Assembly: GCA_028714335.1 (NCBI GenBank)
Contig: JAQTMM010000001.1
Span: 8,181 to 72,180, forward strand
Source: Dehalococcoidales bacterium
GTDB lineage: Bacteria > Chloroflexota > Dehalococcoidia > Dehalococcoidales > RBG-16-60-22
DNA length: 64,000 nucleotides
Direction: 5' to 3'
Shown here: in pieces, positions 34,958 through 44,631 of the stretch
How positions within the stretch are numbered: position 1 is the first letter of the stretch
How the letters are laid out: every line of letters starts with the position of its first letter
The notes under the pieces: model-generated
What the model was told of the DNA's origin: nothing
The model's database searches: none
Seen by the model: only the letters and a program-made list of their open reading frames with translations
Program-made: the position numbers and the translations under genes

Positions 34958-37480
34958 ATGTTTGCTCGTTTTGGCAAATTCGCTCAAAAATACAAGTATT
35001 ACATCTTAGCCTTCTGGCTGGCATTCACGGTCTTTATGTTCATCCAGGCGCCAGTACTGTCGGAGGTCGGCGTCACCGACCAGAGCCAATTCCTCCCCTC
35101 GCAAACTGAATCTGTTTACGCACGCAATCTCGTCACAGAAAAATTCGCCACTACATCGTCCGCCGGCAGCATCATCGTAGTTTATAACCCCACCGGGCTA
35201 ACCGACGAGGACATGGCCGACGCCAGGGCGTTGCATGACTGGTTACTTTCCGGCCAAGGCACCCAATATGTTGACTTCGTCGCTTCCGTGTACGAAAACG
35301 AAGCATTAAAGGCATCGTTAATCAGCCAGGACCAGACGACGATGTTGATAAACGTCGGTTTTTCCACGGAAGTGCTGAACGACGTAAAACAGGACATCAT
35401 AGCAATCAGGGAAGAATTTACCCAGTACCCGAATACGATTTTCTACTTCACGGGGAGCGAGGGTTTTCTGAACGATCTGTTCGAATCCGTTCAGCGCACG
35501 ATTGATAAGTCTACCTGGGTAACGCTCATACTGGTCGTTGTATTACTGTTATTCATCTACCGCTCGCCAATTGCAGCGCTGGTGCCGCTATTGGCCATCG
35601 GTATGAGTTTCTTAGTCACGCGTGGTGTCATCGGCTACCTCGCCCAGGCGGGCATCAGTTTCTCCACGGTAACCGACGCTTATATAGTGGTAACTATCTT
35701 CGGCGTCGGCACGGATTACTGTCTCTTTATCATTTCGCGCTTCCGCGAGGAGATGGGGCAAAGGGAACAAAAACCGGGGATAGAAACGACGATGAAACGC
35801 ATCGGGCCGGTTATTCTGGCCAGCGCCGTTACGGTAGTCATCGCTTTCCTGTGCTTAAGCGTCTCGAAATTCGAAATGACCCGGACCAGCGGCCTGGCGC
35901 TGGCTATCGGTATCGGTGTTACCCTGTTGGTCGGGTTAACGCTGGTGCCATCATTGATGGCAATCTTCGGGAAGAAGCTGTTCTGGCCATCTAAAACTAT
36001 GGGCGCGGTCAAGCAAATCCCCTCCCCTGTTAAAGCCAAGAAGGGATGGATTAGCTGGGATAAAATCGGGGCATGGGTATCGCAGCATCCGCTGTGGGTA
36101 GCGATACCGATTATCATGTTACTGGTCTTGCCCTACATCGCCATACCCAGGCTAACGTTATCCGCCAACGTATTAACTCAGCTATCGGAAGAAGAAGAAT
36201 CATCGAAGGGCTTGAACGTTATACGTGAACACTTTCCCGTGGGCGAGCTATCGCCAATGGTGTTGCTGATACAATCTGAAGAAGGCTCCATGTATACGCC
36301 GGAAACGCTGGTGGCCATTGACGCCGTAACACAGGACTTATCCAATACGGCGGACATCAGCCGAGTGCAATATCCATCGGTGCCGGCAAAAGAACTAATT
36401 GCTACAAGCGCACAGATAAAGAGCCTTGGGGACATGATATTGACACCCAATTTTAACTCGACTATGCTATCTTCTTTAAGTCCCCTCTCCACCCAGCTGG
36501 AGCAGCTGGCTTTAAACTACAGCGGAATTGTTTACAGCCAAAACTTCAATCAGGCGATGGGCAACCTTCAGTATATTTCAACACTAAGCGGGCAATTAGC
36601 TGTAACGCCACAGGCAGAACTGCCGGTATTGTTATATCAGCTGCAGAGTGAGGTTTATAACCTTAGTGATAGTCTGGCGGGGCTGGGCAATGAATTTGCT
36701 TTTAATAGCACCGGCATATTCAGCAACTGGCTGAAATCGGTTTACTTCTCAATCGACTATAGTATAGCCAGGATATATTTGATTCCGAGCGTAGATCCAT
36801 ATTCCAACGAGGCGAGTCTGGCCGTGCCGAGAATCAGGGATGAAGTTAAAACCGCAGTTGCCGCAGCCGGTATTGAAAACGCTGACGTTTACGTGGGCGG
36901 CGATACCGCTATGTATGCGGACATGCTGACCACCAGCAACGATGACCTGACGATAGTTATTATTGTGACATCGGTAGGTATAATGGCGGTTATTTTCCTG
37001 CTGTTGCGCAGTCTGGTTGCCTCTATATACATGGTGATAACGGTGCTGCTAAATTACGGCGCCACGCTGGGCATTACGGCATGGATTTTCCAGGATTTGC
37101 TGGGCTACAAAAACCTCATCAATATGCTGCCGGTCTTCCTCTTTGTGATACTGGCGGCGGTGGGAGCCGATTATAACATCTTCTTAGTATCGCGCATCAG
37201 GGAAGAAACCGAGACCCGGTCCATCAAAGAAGCGGTACACAACGCCGTGGCGCATACCGGCAACGTAATAACGTCGTGCGGTATTATTCTGGCGGGCACT
37301 TTTGCTACGCTGGCGAGTTCATCGTTCCCGATGGTGGCGGAAATCGGGGTGGCTATTGCCATCGGCATAATAATAGACACCTTTGTGGTCCGCGCCCTGC
37401 TGGTGCCGTCGCTGGCGACGTTATTCGGGCGGTGGGGCTGGTGGCCTTCAAAGCTGTTCAAGACTCTAAAGAACAAATAG
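34958..37480 (+). CDS. MMPL / RND-superfamily membrane transporter
   Basis: 840 aa with two hydrophobic 6-TM bundles, each preceded by a large soluble loop. The conserved MMPL block GVGTDYCLFIISRFREE is repeated as AVGADYNIFLVSRIREE. Confidence 0.85.
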   Translation: MFARFGKFAQKYKYYILAFWLAFTVFMFIQAPVLSEVGVTDQSQFLPSQTESVYARNLVTEKFATTSSAGSIIVVYNPTGLTDEDMADARALHDWLLSGQGTQYVDFVASVYENEALKASLISQDQTTMLINVGFSTEVLNDVKQDIIAIREEFTQYPNTIFYFTGSEGFLNDLFESVQRTIDKSTWVTLILVVVLLLFIYRSPIAALVPLLAIGMSFLVTRGVIGYLAQAGISFSTVTDAYIVVTIFGVGTDYCLFIISRFREEMGQREQKPGIETTMKRIGPVILASAVTVVIAFLCLSVSKFEMTRTSGLALAIGIGVTLLVGLTLVPSLMAIFGKKLFWPSKTMGAVKQIPSPVKAKKGWISWDKIGAWVSQHPLWVAIPIIMLLVLPYIAIPRLTLSANVLTQLSEEEESSKGLNVIREHFPVGELSPMVLLIQSEEGSMYTPETLVAIDAVTQDLSNTADISRVQYPSVPAKELIATSAQIKSLGDMILTPNFNSTMLSSLSPLSTQLEQLALNYSGIVYSQNFNQAMGNLQYISTLSGQLAVTPQAELPVLLYQLQSEVYNLSDSLAGLGNEFAFNSTGIFSNWLKSVYFSIDYSIARIYLIPSVDPYSNEASLAVPRIRDEVKTAVAAAGIENADVYVGGDTAMYADMLTTSNDDLTIVIIVTSVGIMAVIFLLLRSLVASIYMVITVLLNYGATLGITAWIFQDLLGYKNLINMLPVFLFVILAAVGADYNIFLVSRIREETETRSIKEAVHNAVAHTGNVITSCGIILAGTFATLASSSFPMVAEIGVAIAIGIIIDTFVVRALLVPSLATLFGRWGWWPSKLFKTLKNK

Positions 37481-37504
37481 CCCCATAGTCAACATACCGC
37501 AACC

Positions 37505-38839
37505 TTAATCATCGTCGTCTTTTTTCCGGAAAGTGAATTTACCCTTAGGCTTTTCTTCTTCTCCACTGTGTCCGGTTAAAAGCTGCCAGCTGGAAATCTC
37601 GGAAACATTGCGCACTTCCTTAATTTGACGCAGCAGGAAGACCACCACGACGGCGCGCAACACGCCGGAGATGACGAACAGGGTGCGCAGCGGATAACCC
37701 AAAAGCGGCGGCAGGTGGGGCGCAATAACGCCGCCAATCGTCGCTCCCAGGCAGCATGCTAGCCCATCCATCGCTCCAAAGACCGCCAATTGCCTGGTGC
37801 GTTCCTGTGGCACCGAGGCATCGTAAGTGAAATTAATGCCGGAGAGGCTAAAACCCGACCAAACGAATCCGCTGATGATGTTGGCACAAACCAGATAAAT
37901 GATATTGTCGCTGAAGACCCAGAAAATAGGCATCAGCCAGATCAGGCCGGTAGTGAGGCGCACTACCTTAAGGTTGCCCCACTTATCGGCGCGGCGGCCC
38001 CAGAACGGCAGGAATACCAGCACCGCCAGCTGGCTGGAAGAACTGACGATGCAGTAATACAGGTAATTAAAGTTTAAGTCCCGGAACATGAAAACCGTAA
38101 AGAACGGGCCGGAAAGCATCGTGCAGAAATCAATCAGCGCGAAAAACAGCATGAACTTGCCGAGATTCGTTGAACTTATGCTCTTGATTATCTGGAGCAA
38201 GCTACGGCTCTTTTTCCGGCTGACTATCGGTAGCGGTTCATACTGCTTGGAAATAAAAACGCCGGAAAGGATGCGGAACAGCGTAGCCGAACCGAAAAGG
38301 ATGGCGTAGCCGATGAAAATGTTGCTGGAAAACAATAGCAAGATACCAGCCGCCGCATAAGAAAACACCTGCGTTATAAAACCAGCCACCTGCCCCCGGA
38401 ACCCGAAATACCTGCCCCGCAAGCGCATCGGAACAAGGTCCGCCATCATGCTGCCCCAGGCGGGGTTGGCTATCGCCCCAAAGGTAACGCCGGCCGTGAC
38501 AAAGGCAATCAGCCACCACACCGGCGAGATGTGAAAAACAAATGGCACCAGCAAGATGGGAATAAACATGAGGGCGTGCATTAAAACCATCGGTAAAATA
38601 AAGCCCTTGCGGCTGCCCGCCCGGGTGGACAGATAGGGCGCTGAAAGCTGGGAAACAGACATCGCCAGGCTGGGGATGCTGGAGAGCAAACCTATCTGGG
38701 TGGTGGAGGCGTTAAGCTCCAGGGCAAGCGGGGATATATAATTCTGGGTAAGCCCCAGCATCACCGAATAAGACGCGGCGTCCATGACGCTGTATCTTAG
38801 GCTTTTTCTTACCTGGTGCGTTTCAAGTTGAGTGTTCAT
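37505..38839 (-). CDS. MFS transporter
   Basis: 444 aa with about 12 predicted hydrophobic segments and an MFS-like loop motif (GRRADKWGN). No SD before the ATG. Confidence 0.75.
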   Translation of the reverse strand: MNTQLETHQVRKSLRYSVMDAASYSVMLGLTQNYISPLALELNASTTQIGLLSSIPSLAMSVSQLSAPYLSTRAGSRKGFILPMVLMHALMFIPILLVPFVFHISPVWWLIAFVTAGVTFGAIANPAWGSMMADLVPMRLRGRYFGFRGQVAGFITQVFSYAAAGILLLFSSNIFIGYAILFGSATLFRILSGVFISKQYEPLPIVSRKKSRSLLQIIKSISSTNLGKFMLFFALIDFCTMLSGPFFTVFMFRDLNFNYLYYCIVSSSSQLAVLVFLPFWGRRADKWGNLKVVRLTTGLIWLMPIFWVFSDNIIYLVCANIISGFVWSGFSLSGINFTYDASVPQERTRQLAVFGAMDGLACCLGATIGGVIAPHLPPLLGYPLRTLFVISGVLRAVVVVFLLRQIKEVRNVSEISSWQLLTGHSGEEEKPKGKFTFRKKDDDD

Positions 38840-38861
38840 GTGTTTTTGTTAATTAAAGAGA

Positions 38862-38924
38862 TAAAAAAACCCCGGGCGATTCGCACCGAGGCACAATTAA
38901 CGAAATAGTTAAAAACAATCGCCC
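38862..38924 (-). promoter_or_regulatory. Terminator-like hairpin plus U-run inside the putative 5' leader of the MFS gene (possible attenuator)
   Basis: On the minus strand the outer 8-bp stem is GGGCGATT...AATCGCCC, with an inner stem TTAAC/GTTAA. It is followed by GGGGTTTTTTT and ends 23 nt before the ATG. A candidate -10 TATAAT (minus strand) is at 38991-38996. Confidence 0.35.
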
Positions 38925-39126
38925 TTTGTTTTCTTTACAAATATTTCCCCCTATTGTACTTTTCAATGAGCACTGTATTTCTCCCAACACATTATAATAA
39001 CGGCCAATCTAGTTTGACGATAGCGGAAGGGTCTTAATAAATACATATCTTACTCCAACGGCGGTGAAAACACAATATGGACAGGCGCCGGAGGAATTTT
39101 CGCTTTTACCATTCACAATATATTCC

Positions 39127-39169
39127 TAAAAAAGGGCGACAAAAGATTCAGCGGCGGATTTTCTGTTGC
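39127..39169 (-). terminator. Probable rho-independent terminator of the nitroreductase gene
   Basis: On the minus strand the stem is gcaacagaaaat...atcttttgtcgc (12 positions with 2 mismatches), followed by cc-tttttt. Confidence 0.5.
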
Positions 39170-39235
39170 TTTATTATGGACAATATTACCGGTGTCACTG
39201 GCGCAGATGGCAATAACTATTTACTTGCTGGTTAC

Positions 39236-39925
39236 TTAGCTAAACCCATAGAAAGTCGTTATCTCATCCTGCGGGACACGGTCACGGTAATCGTCGTTAA
39301 CTTCGTTCTCCCAGTCCGGATAGCCGATAGCGATACCTAAAGCAATCACCTTATCCGCGGATATACCTAGTTCCTTGCGGATGATGTCCGGATAGACGAC
39401 GGCCATTGCCTGCGCGATGGTCCCCAGACCATTATCCACCGCCAGCAGCATGAGGTTCTGCACCGCTGAGCCGGAGTCGTAAAGCGACCAGACGTTGACG
39501 CCTTTTTCCTGATAGACGAAGTTCTTGTTGATGACAAGGTAAATACAGCAAGGCGCACCGTAATGGCGGAAGTTCAGGTTCATGCGGGCGGCCATTTCTT
39601 CCGGCGTAGCCTGGCTGGTGCGTCCTTTATTCTCCTTGACCTGCATGGATTTGATGCGGGAGATGTAAGGCTCGGGGAAATCGTAGGGACGGGCGACCTC
39701 GGACTGGGAAGTCTGCATGCCCTGCGGGCCGCGCTTAATAAAAGCGTCCTGAATGGCTTTAAGCTTGGCGCCGGTAACAACAACGAATTCCCAGGGCTGG
39801 GTATTAGCCCAGGAAGGTGCGCGCTGCGCCTGCTCGATGATTTCTACGAGCATATTCTTTTCGATGGGGTCGGGCTTAAAAGCCCTGATACTCTTTCTTT
39901 GTCTTATTGCCTCTACAAGGTCCAT
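39236..39925 (-). CDS. Nitroreductase family protein
   Basis: 229 aa with EAIRQRKSIRAFKPDPIEKNMLVEIIEQAQRAPSWANTQPWEFVVV. SD aggagg lies upstream. Confidence 0.85.
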   Translation of the reverse strand: MDLVEAIRQRKSIRAFKPDPIEKNMLVEIIEQAQRAPSWANTQPWEFVVVTGAKLKAIQDAFIKRGPQGMQTSQSEVARPYDFPEPYISRIKSMQVKENKGRTSQATPEEMAARMNLNFRHYGAPCCIYLVINKNFVYQEKGVNVWSLYDSGSAVQNLMLLAVDNGLGTIAQAMAVVYPDIIRKELGISADKVIALGIAIGYPDWENEVNDDYRDRVPQDEITTFYGFS

Positions 39926-39956
39926 ATTAGCAATCCTCCTTATTTAACCGCGTGAG

Positions 39957-41213
39957 TCATTTTTTAGCTTTGGGCGGTATCTTCCTCTCCGGGTCGAATA
40001 CACCGCCTACCTCAATTTCCTCCGGTTTTTTCTTTCTACCCTGCATTATAACCAGTATTGAGGTTAATACGATGCTGATGATAATCACACCGTAGGTCAC
40101 GTTTTTAATCATTTCGCCGCCGGGTATACCTTCCTGTAAAGGTATGCTGGCTAAAACGACTGCTGCCAATCCCTTGGGTACCATCGCTGTCATCAGGTTG
40201 AGGTCACGCCTGGGGAGTTTCTTTCTGATGCAAAGCCTGACAGCGGGTACGCGCACCATAAAGGCGGCAACGACCATCAACAACCCCACCCAGATGTACA
40301 GGCTGCTGATGAATTGCAGCGAAAGCCCCATGTAGATAAAAAAGAAGGTTTTCAGCAGGAAAGACACTTCGCTGAAGAATACCCGCTCTGTCTCACTTAA
40401 TCCTACCGCTTCAACGTGCTTTTTAAAAACAGGGATGCGCAGTCTTTCAATGTTGCCGATGGCAATCCCGAAAGCAAGGGCGGTAATGGGGCCGCTAAAG
40501 CCAAGCATTTCCACGGCGCCAAAGAGGATAAAGACAAACGCGGGAGTGGTAAAGATGGCATTTTTAATAACGCGTATGCGGTTCAATAACAGCGACCACA
40601 CAAAGCCACCGGCAACCCCGATAGCCAAAGCCGCGAGGAAGGAAGCCGCCAGGTGGGCGGAAATAGGCCCTATTTCAAAACTGCCGTTAGAATACGCCTG
40701 AATTAAAGCGATGGTGATAACGATGCTAAGGACATCGTTAACGGTAGATTCCACCGAAAGTAGGGTCTCGGTTTCTTCCTCGACGTCAAGCTGTCTGACC
40801 AGCGGAATAACCACAGCCTCGGAAGTGGAGCCGACAATCGCTCCAAGGATGAAAGCCGGGATGACATCAAGGTTTAAAAGCCATATTGCCAAACCCGCCA
40901 CCACTCCCATCGTTAGGAAAAAACTCAAAGGGGCAAGGAGCATTGCGCCACCCAGCACGGAACGGAGCGTCCGCAACTTTAAAGCAATGCCGCTTTCAAA
41001 GAGGATGATAATCAAAGTAATAGTAGTAAAAACCGGGCCCACTGACCCGAATAAATCCGGCGTTATTAGTCCGAAAATCGGGCCAATGAATATGCCGATG
41101 AGTATCAAGAAAATGACATCGGGTATTTTGGTGCGGCTGAAAATGCCGGTAAACAGGTGGGCTAAAAATACAATGATACCGATAAAACCGATTACTTGAG
41201 CGACAGTATCCAC
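39957..41213 (-). CDS. Cation:proton antiporter (Na+/H+ exchanger family, CPA1-like)
   Basis: 418 aa polytopic protein. The pattern of short TM helices, the LFESG-like block (ILFESGIAL) and a charged C-terminal tail fit this family. Confidence 0.75.
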   Translation of the reverse strand: MDTVAQVIGFIGIIVFLAHLFTGIFSRTKIPDVIFLILIGIFIGPIFGLITPDLFGSVGPVFTTITLIIILFESGIALKLRTLRSVLGGAMLLAPLSFFLTMGVVAGLAIWLLNLDVIPAFILGAIVGSTSEAVVIPLVRQLDVEEETETLLSVESTVNDVLSIVITIALIQAYSNGSFEIGPISAHLAASFLAALAIGVAGGFVWSLLLNRIRVIKNAIFTTPAFVFILFGAVEMLGFSGPITALAFGIAIGNIERLRIPVFKKHVEAVGLSETERVFFSEVSFLLKTFFFIYMGLSLQFISSLYIWVGLLMVVAAFMVRVPAVRLCIRKKLPRRDLNLMTAMVPKGLAAVVLASIPLQEGIPGGEMIKNVTYGVIIISIVLTSILVIMQGRKKKPEEIEVGGVFDPERKIPPKAKK

Positions 41214-41350
41214 CCGATATTTCTCCTTAATGGGAAAAAAAGATATATAAAAATTATGCCATTATACCCCGTAAACTGCAAGTTAATTGGGTGTCAAGAC
41301 GCGAGAATTGCATAGAAGTTAGCCTATTAAAAAATGGTATAATTATTGTA

Positions 41351-42472
41351 ATGAATAAAACTAAGTCCAAGCCCCTCATGGGCACTGTAAAATACCGTGA
41401 AGGCGAGGATTTCTGGAAAATCGTCAACGAATCTCTGACCGTGTTTTTTAAGGACGCGCTGCGCATTTCACTTAAAGACCCGGGGCAGGCTTTGTATTTT
41501 TTACAAACGGCAAAAAACCAGCGTAAAGCCGCCGGGTTACGTGCCAAAGCGGAAAAAGACGGCATCCGCGTGCCGCCCATCATGGTTTTCAGCGTGACCG
41601 ACCGGTGCAACCTCAACTGCAAAGGCTGCTACAACAAAGCGCTGCGCCAGATATCCAGCGATGAGATGAGTGAGGAGAAAATCAGGGGCATCCTGACGGA
41701 AGCCAGGGATATGGGCATCTCCTTCGTGGTGCTGCTTGGCGGCGAACCGCTGGTACGCCGGGAAATCATTTCCATCACCGCTGGCTTCCCGGAGATTATC
41801 TTCCTGGTAATTACCAACGGCACACTGCTTAACGATGATATCCTTGCCCAGCTAAAGGGGCAGCGCAACTTCGTGCCGGTAATCAGCCTGGAGGGGTGGG
41901 AAAACGATACCGATGACCGCCGGGGCAAAGGCGTTTATGAAAAACTGCAAAAGGTTATCGCTAGAGTTAAAAAGGCCCATCTATTCTGGAGTGTTTCAGT
42001 GACAGTCACCCGCTCAAACTTTACCACGGTTACCGACATCGCTTTTATTAACTTCCTCTACAAGTTGGGGTGCAAGCTGTTTTTCTTCGTGGAATACACC
42101 CCGGTGGACGAGGGCACCGAGGATTGGGTAATCACCGAAAAACAGCGCGACGAGTTATTGAAGATAAGGGATAAACTGCGCCGAGATTATAACGCGTTAT
42201 TCGTCGCCCTGCCGGGAGATGAGGATGAAATCGGGGGCTGTCTTTCCGCCGGGCGCGGTTTTATCCACGTTAACGCCCGCGGCGACGTCGAACCGTGCCC
42301 CTTCGCGCCCTATTCCGACGCCAACCTGATGAAAATGTCGTTAAAAGATGCCCTTAAATCGGACTTTCTTAAAGCCATCCGCGAAAAACGCCAAAACTTC
42401 CACGAACCAAGCGGCGGCTGTTCTTTGTGGGCTGAACGGGAGTGGGTTAAATCTATACTGGTAAAAGACTAA
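41351..42472 (+). CDS. Radical SAM protein (function unknown)
   Basis: Cluster motif CNLNCKGCY, SAM-binding-type GGEPL, and a Cys-containing C-terminal region (GGCLSAG, EPCPF, GGCSLW). ATG 41351 lies 7 nt after an extended -10 TGgTATAAT (41335-41343), so I prefer it over GTG 41291. Confidence 0.8.
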   Translation: MNKTKSKPLMGTVKYREGEDFWKIVNESLTVFFKDALRISLKDPGQALYFLQTAKNQRKAAGLRAKAEKDGIRVPPIMVFSVTDRCNLNCKGCYNKALRQISSDEMSEEKIRGILTEARDMGISFVVLLGGEPLVRREIISITAGFPEIIFLVITNGTLLNDDILAQLKGQRNFVPVISLEGWENDTDDRRGKGVYEKLQKVIARVKKAHLFWSVSVTVTRSNFTTVTDIAFINFLYKLGCKLFFFVEYTPVDEGTEDWVITEKQRDELLKIRDKLRRDYNALFVALPGDEDEIGGCLSAGRGFIHVNARGDVEPCPFAPYSDANLMKMSLKDALKSDFLKAIREKRQNFHEPSGGCSLWAEREWVKSILVKD

Positions 42473-42585
42473 ACCGGTAACACTCTGCAAATAAATACAA
42501 CGATAATTCCGTTTTTTACGTATCTATCATTTTGACATATCATTGCTTTTGCGTTATTTTCATTCCTTGACAGAAGACAATGTAA

Positions 42586-44631
42586 ATGGTAGAACTATTC
42601 GTATGTTCCCTGGAAAATGAAAACACTAACACAATGGAAGATTCTATTAAGTCCAAAGAGCAATTAATCAAAGAGCTTGATAAAGCCCGCCAAGAAATTG
42701 AGTCTCTAAAAACCCGCCTGGCGGAACGCGAAAAAGAAAATACGTATAATAAGCAATGGGTGCAAGCATTTAATATTGCTTTTGCTAACCTCCCCGTTCC
42801 TTTATCCATCTCCAATATTGAGGACTCTAAATTCTTGGTGGTTAATGATGCCTTTGTCCAATTCACAGGCTACACAAGAGAAGAAATCATTGGCCGTACC
42901 TATAATGACCTTAACCTTGCTGTAAATCCCAAAGATATGGAATATATGGAAAAAAGCCTTAAGACGACCGGGAAACTGATTAATACCGAAATTCTCTCCC
43001 GGGCAAAATCCGGCGAAATGCGTACAGGCCTATTCACCGCCATAGATGTCCATATAGAAGACACCCAGTATTTACTCATCCTGATTGCCGACATTACGGA
43101 AATAAAGAGGATGGAGGCTTCGTTAAAAGAATCGGAGAATATGCTGGCGATAGCCTTCCGTGCCAGCCCCCACGCACTCCTAATTACATCAATTTACGAA
43201 GGAAGATTTATTGAGGTCAACGACAACGTCTGCCGGATGGCTGGGTACAGCCGCGAGGAGTTAATCGGCCATACCTTCACTGAACTAAATATCTGGAATG
43301 ATAAAACTTTATTCGAGAGAATGGCCAAAGAGCTCTTTGAAAAAGGGCGCATAACGAACATGGAGTTCGAGTGGCAGACTCGCAATGGTCAAAGATTAGC
43401 GACGTTGTTATCTGCAGAAATTGCTGAAATCAACGGGCAACAATGTGTTGTTGCCTCGGTAACCGATATCACGCAGCTGAAAACAATGGAACAAGAACTC
43501 CGAAAATCCGAAGAACGCTTCGCCAAAGCCTTCAGTTCTATGTCAGGGATTTTAAGTATCTCCAAAATTTCCGACGGTACGTTCTTAGAAATTAACGACA
43601 GCTTTACCCGCACACTGGGGTACACCCGCAAAGAAACCATCGGACATACAGCAACGGAACTTAATATATGGGTAAATCCCAGCGACAGGAAAAAGATGAT
43701 CCGCCAACTGATAGAAACCGGCAGTATCAAGAATGAGGAATACTTTAACCATACGAAATCTGGCGAAGTGCGCACCCTCCTCTTTTCAGCGGTGCAAATC
43801 GAGTTCGAGGGAGAACCATGTGTACTGGCGACAACCAATGATATTACGGATTACAAAAGCATGGAAGCGGAAGCGCGTGAAGCCGGTAACCTAAGAGAAC
43901 TGGATAGATTGCGCACCGAACTTCTGGCAAACGTTTCACACGAATTGCGCACACCGCTGGCGGGGATTAAGGGCTTCGCCACAATGCTTTTGGACTACGA
44001 CAAGAAACTCTCGGTAAGCGAAAAACGCGAATACCTGGAAACGATAGACAAAAACACCGACCGCATGGTGGAACTTATCGAACAGCTGCTGGAAATGTCG
44101 CGATTGGGCAGCGGGATGCTCTCAATTCAAAAAGTGCCCACCGACATCATCAGTCTCTGCCAGGTAGTCATCAAAGAAGCCCAGGTCAGGGCGCCGAACC
44201 ATGTCTTTAGTTTAGATTTACCACCAAGATTACCGACGATATACGTTGATGACAAACGCATCCGGCAGGTGCTGGACAACATCATTAACAACGCCGTTAA
44301 ATATTCCAACGCCGGCATGGAGATTAAAGTAGCCGTCCGCACCGTAGAGAAAGATATGCTCTTTTCCATCACCGACCACGGCGTGGGTATACCGAAACAA
44401 GACCTGCCCAACCTGTTCCAGCGCATGTTCCATCCGCCGCATTTACAGAAGATGGGAACGGGCGGCGCGGGGCTGGGGTTATCTATTTCGAAAGGGCTCA
44501 TTGAAGCGCACGGCGGTAAAATCTGGATTGAAAGCAAGGAAGGCGTGGGTACGAGGTGCTACTTCACGCTGCCGATTAATAACCGACGCAAAAACTCCAC
44601 GGTGAAAAAAAGTAAAAAAGACAAAGCCTAG
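42586..44631 (+). CDS. Cytoplasmic multi-PAS sensor histidine kinase
   Basis: 681 aa with no TM segment. A coiled-coil N-terminus is followed by reiterated PAS units (...FTGYTREEIIGRT..., ...MAGYSREELIGHT..., ...TLGYTRKETIGHT...). The H-box is SHELRTPL and the HATPase N/G boxes are NNAVKY and GTGGAGLGLSI. The start could instead be ATG 42634. Confidence 0.9.
   Translation: MVELFVCSLENENTNTMEDSIKSKEQLIKELDKARQEIESLKTRLAEREKENTYNKQWVQAFNIAFANLPVPLSISNIEDSKFLVVNDAFVQFTGYTREEIIGRTYNDLNLAVNPKDMEYMEKSLKTTGKLINTEILSRAKSGEMRTGLFTAIDVHIEDTQYLLILIADITEIKRMEASLKESENMLAIAFRASPHALLITSIYEGRFIEVNDNVCRMAGYSREELIGHTFTELNIWNDKTLFERMAKELFEKGRITNMEFEWQTRNGQRLATLLSAEIAEINGQQCVVASVTDITQLKTMEQELRKSEERFAKAFSSMSGILSISKISDGTFLEINDSFTRTLGYTRKETIGHTATELNIWVNPSDRKKMIRQLIETGSIKNEEYFNHTKSGEVRTLLFSAVQIEFEGEPCVLATTNDITDYKSMEAEAREAGNLRELDRLRTELLANVSHELRTPLAGIKGFATMLLDYDKKLSVSEKREYLETIDKNTDRMVELIEQLLEMSRLGSGMLSIQKVPTDIISLCQVVIKEAQVRAPNHVFSLDLPPRLPTIYVDDKRIRQVLDNIINNAVKYSNAGMEIKVAVRTVEKDMLFSITDHGVGIPKQDLPNLFQRMFHPPHLQKMGTGGAGLGLSISKGLIEAHGGKIWIESKEGVGTRCYFTLPINNRRKNSTVKKSKKDKA

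Noticed and set aside
39077-39340. 87-aa plus-strand ORF in the gap upstream of the MFS gene
   Set aside because: It overlaps the 3' end of the nitroreductase gene on the opposite strand, has no SD, and runs through the nitroreductase terminator.
40711-41199. 162-aa plus-strand ORF (and 88-aa and 63-aa ORFs) opposite the Na+/H+ antiporter gene
   Set aside because: It is antisense to a continuous polytopic membrane protein frame. Its S/T/P-rich translation shows no features.
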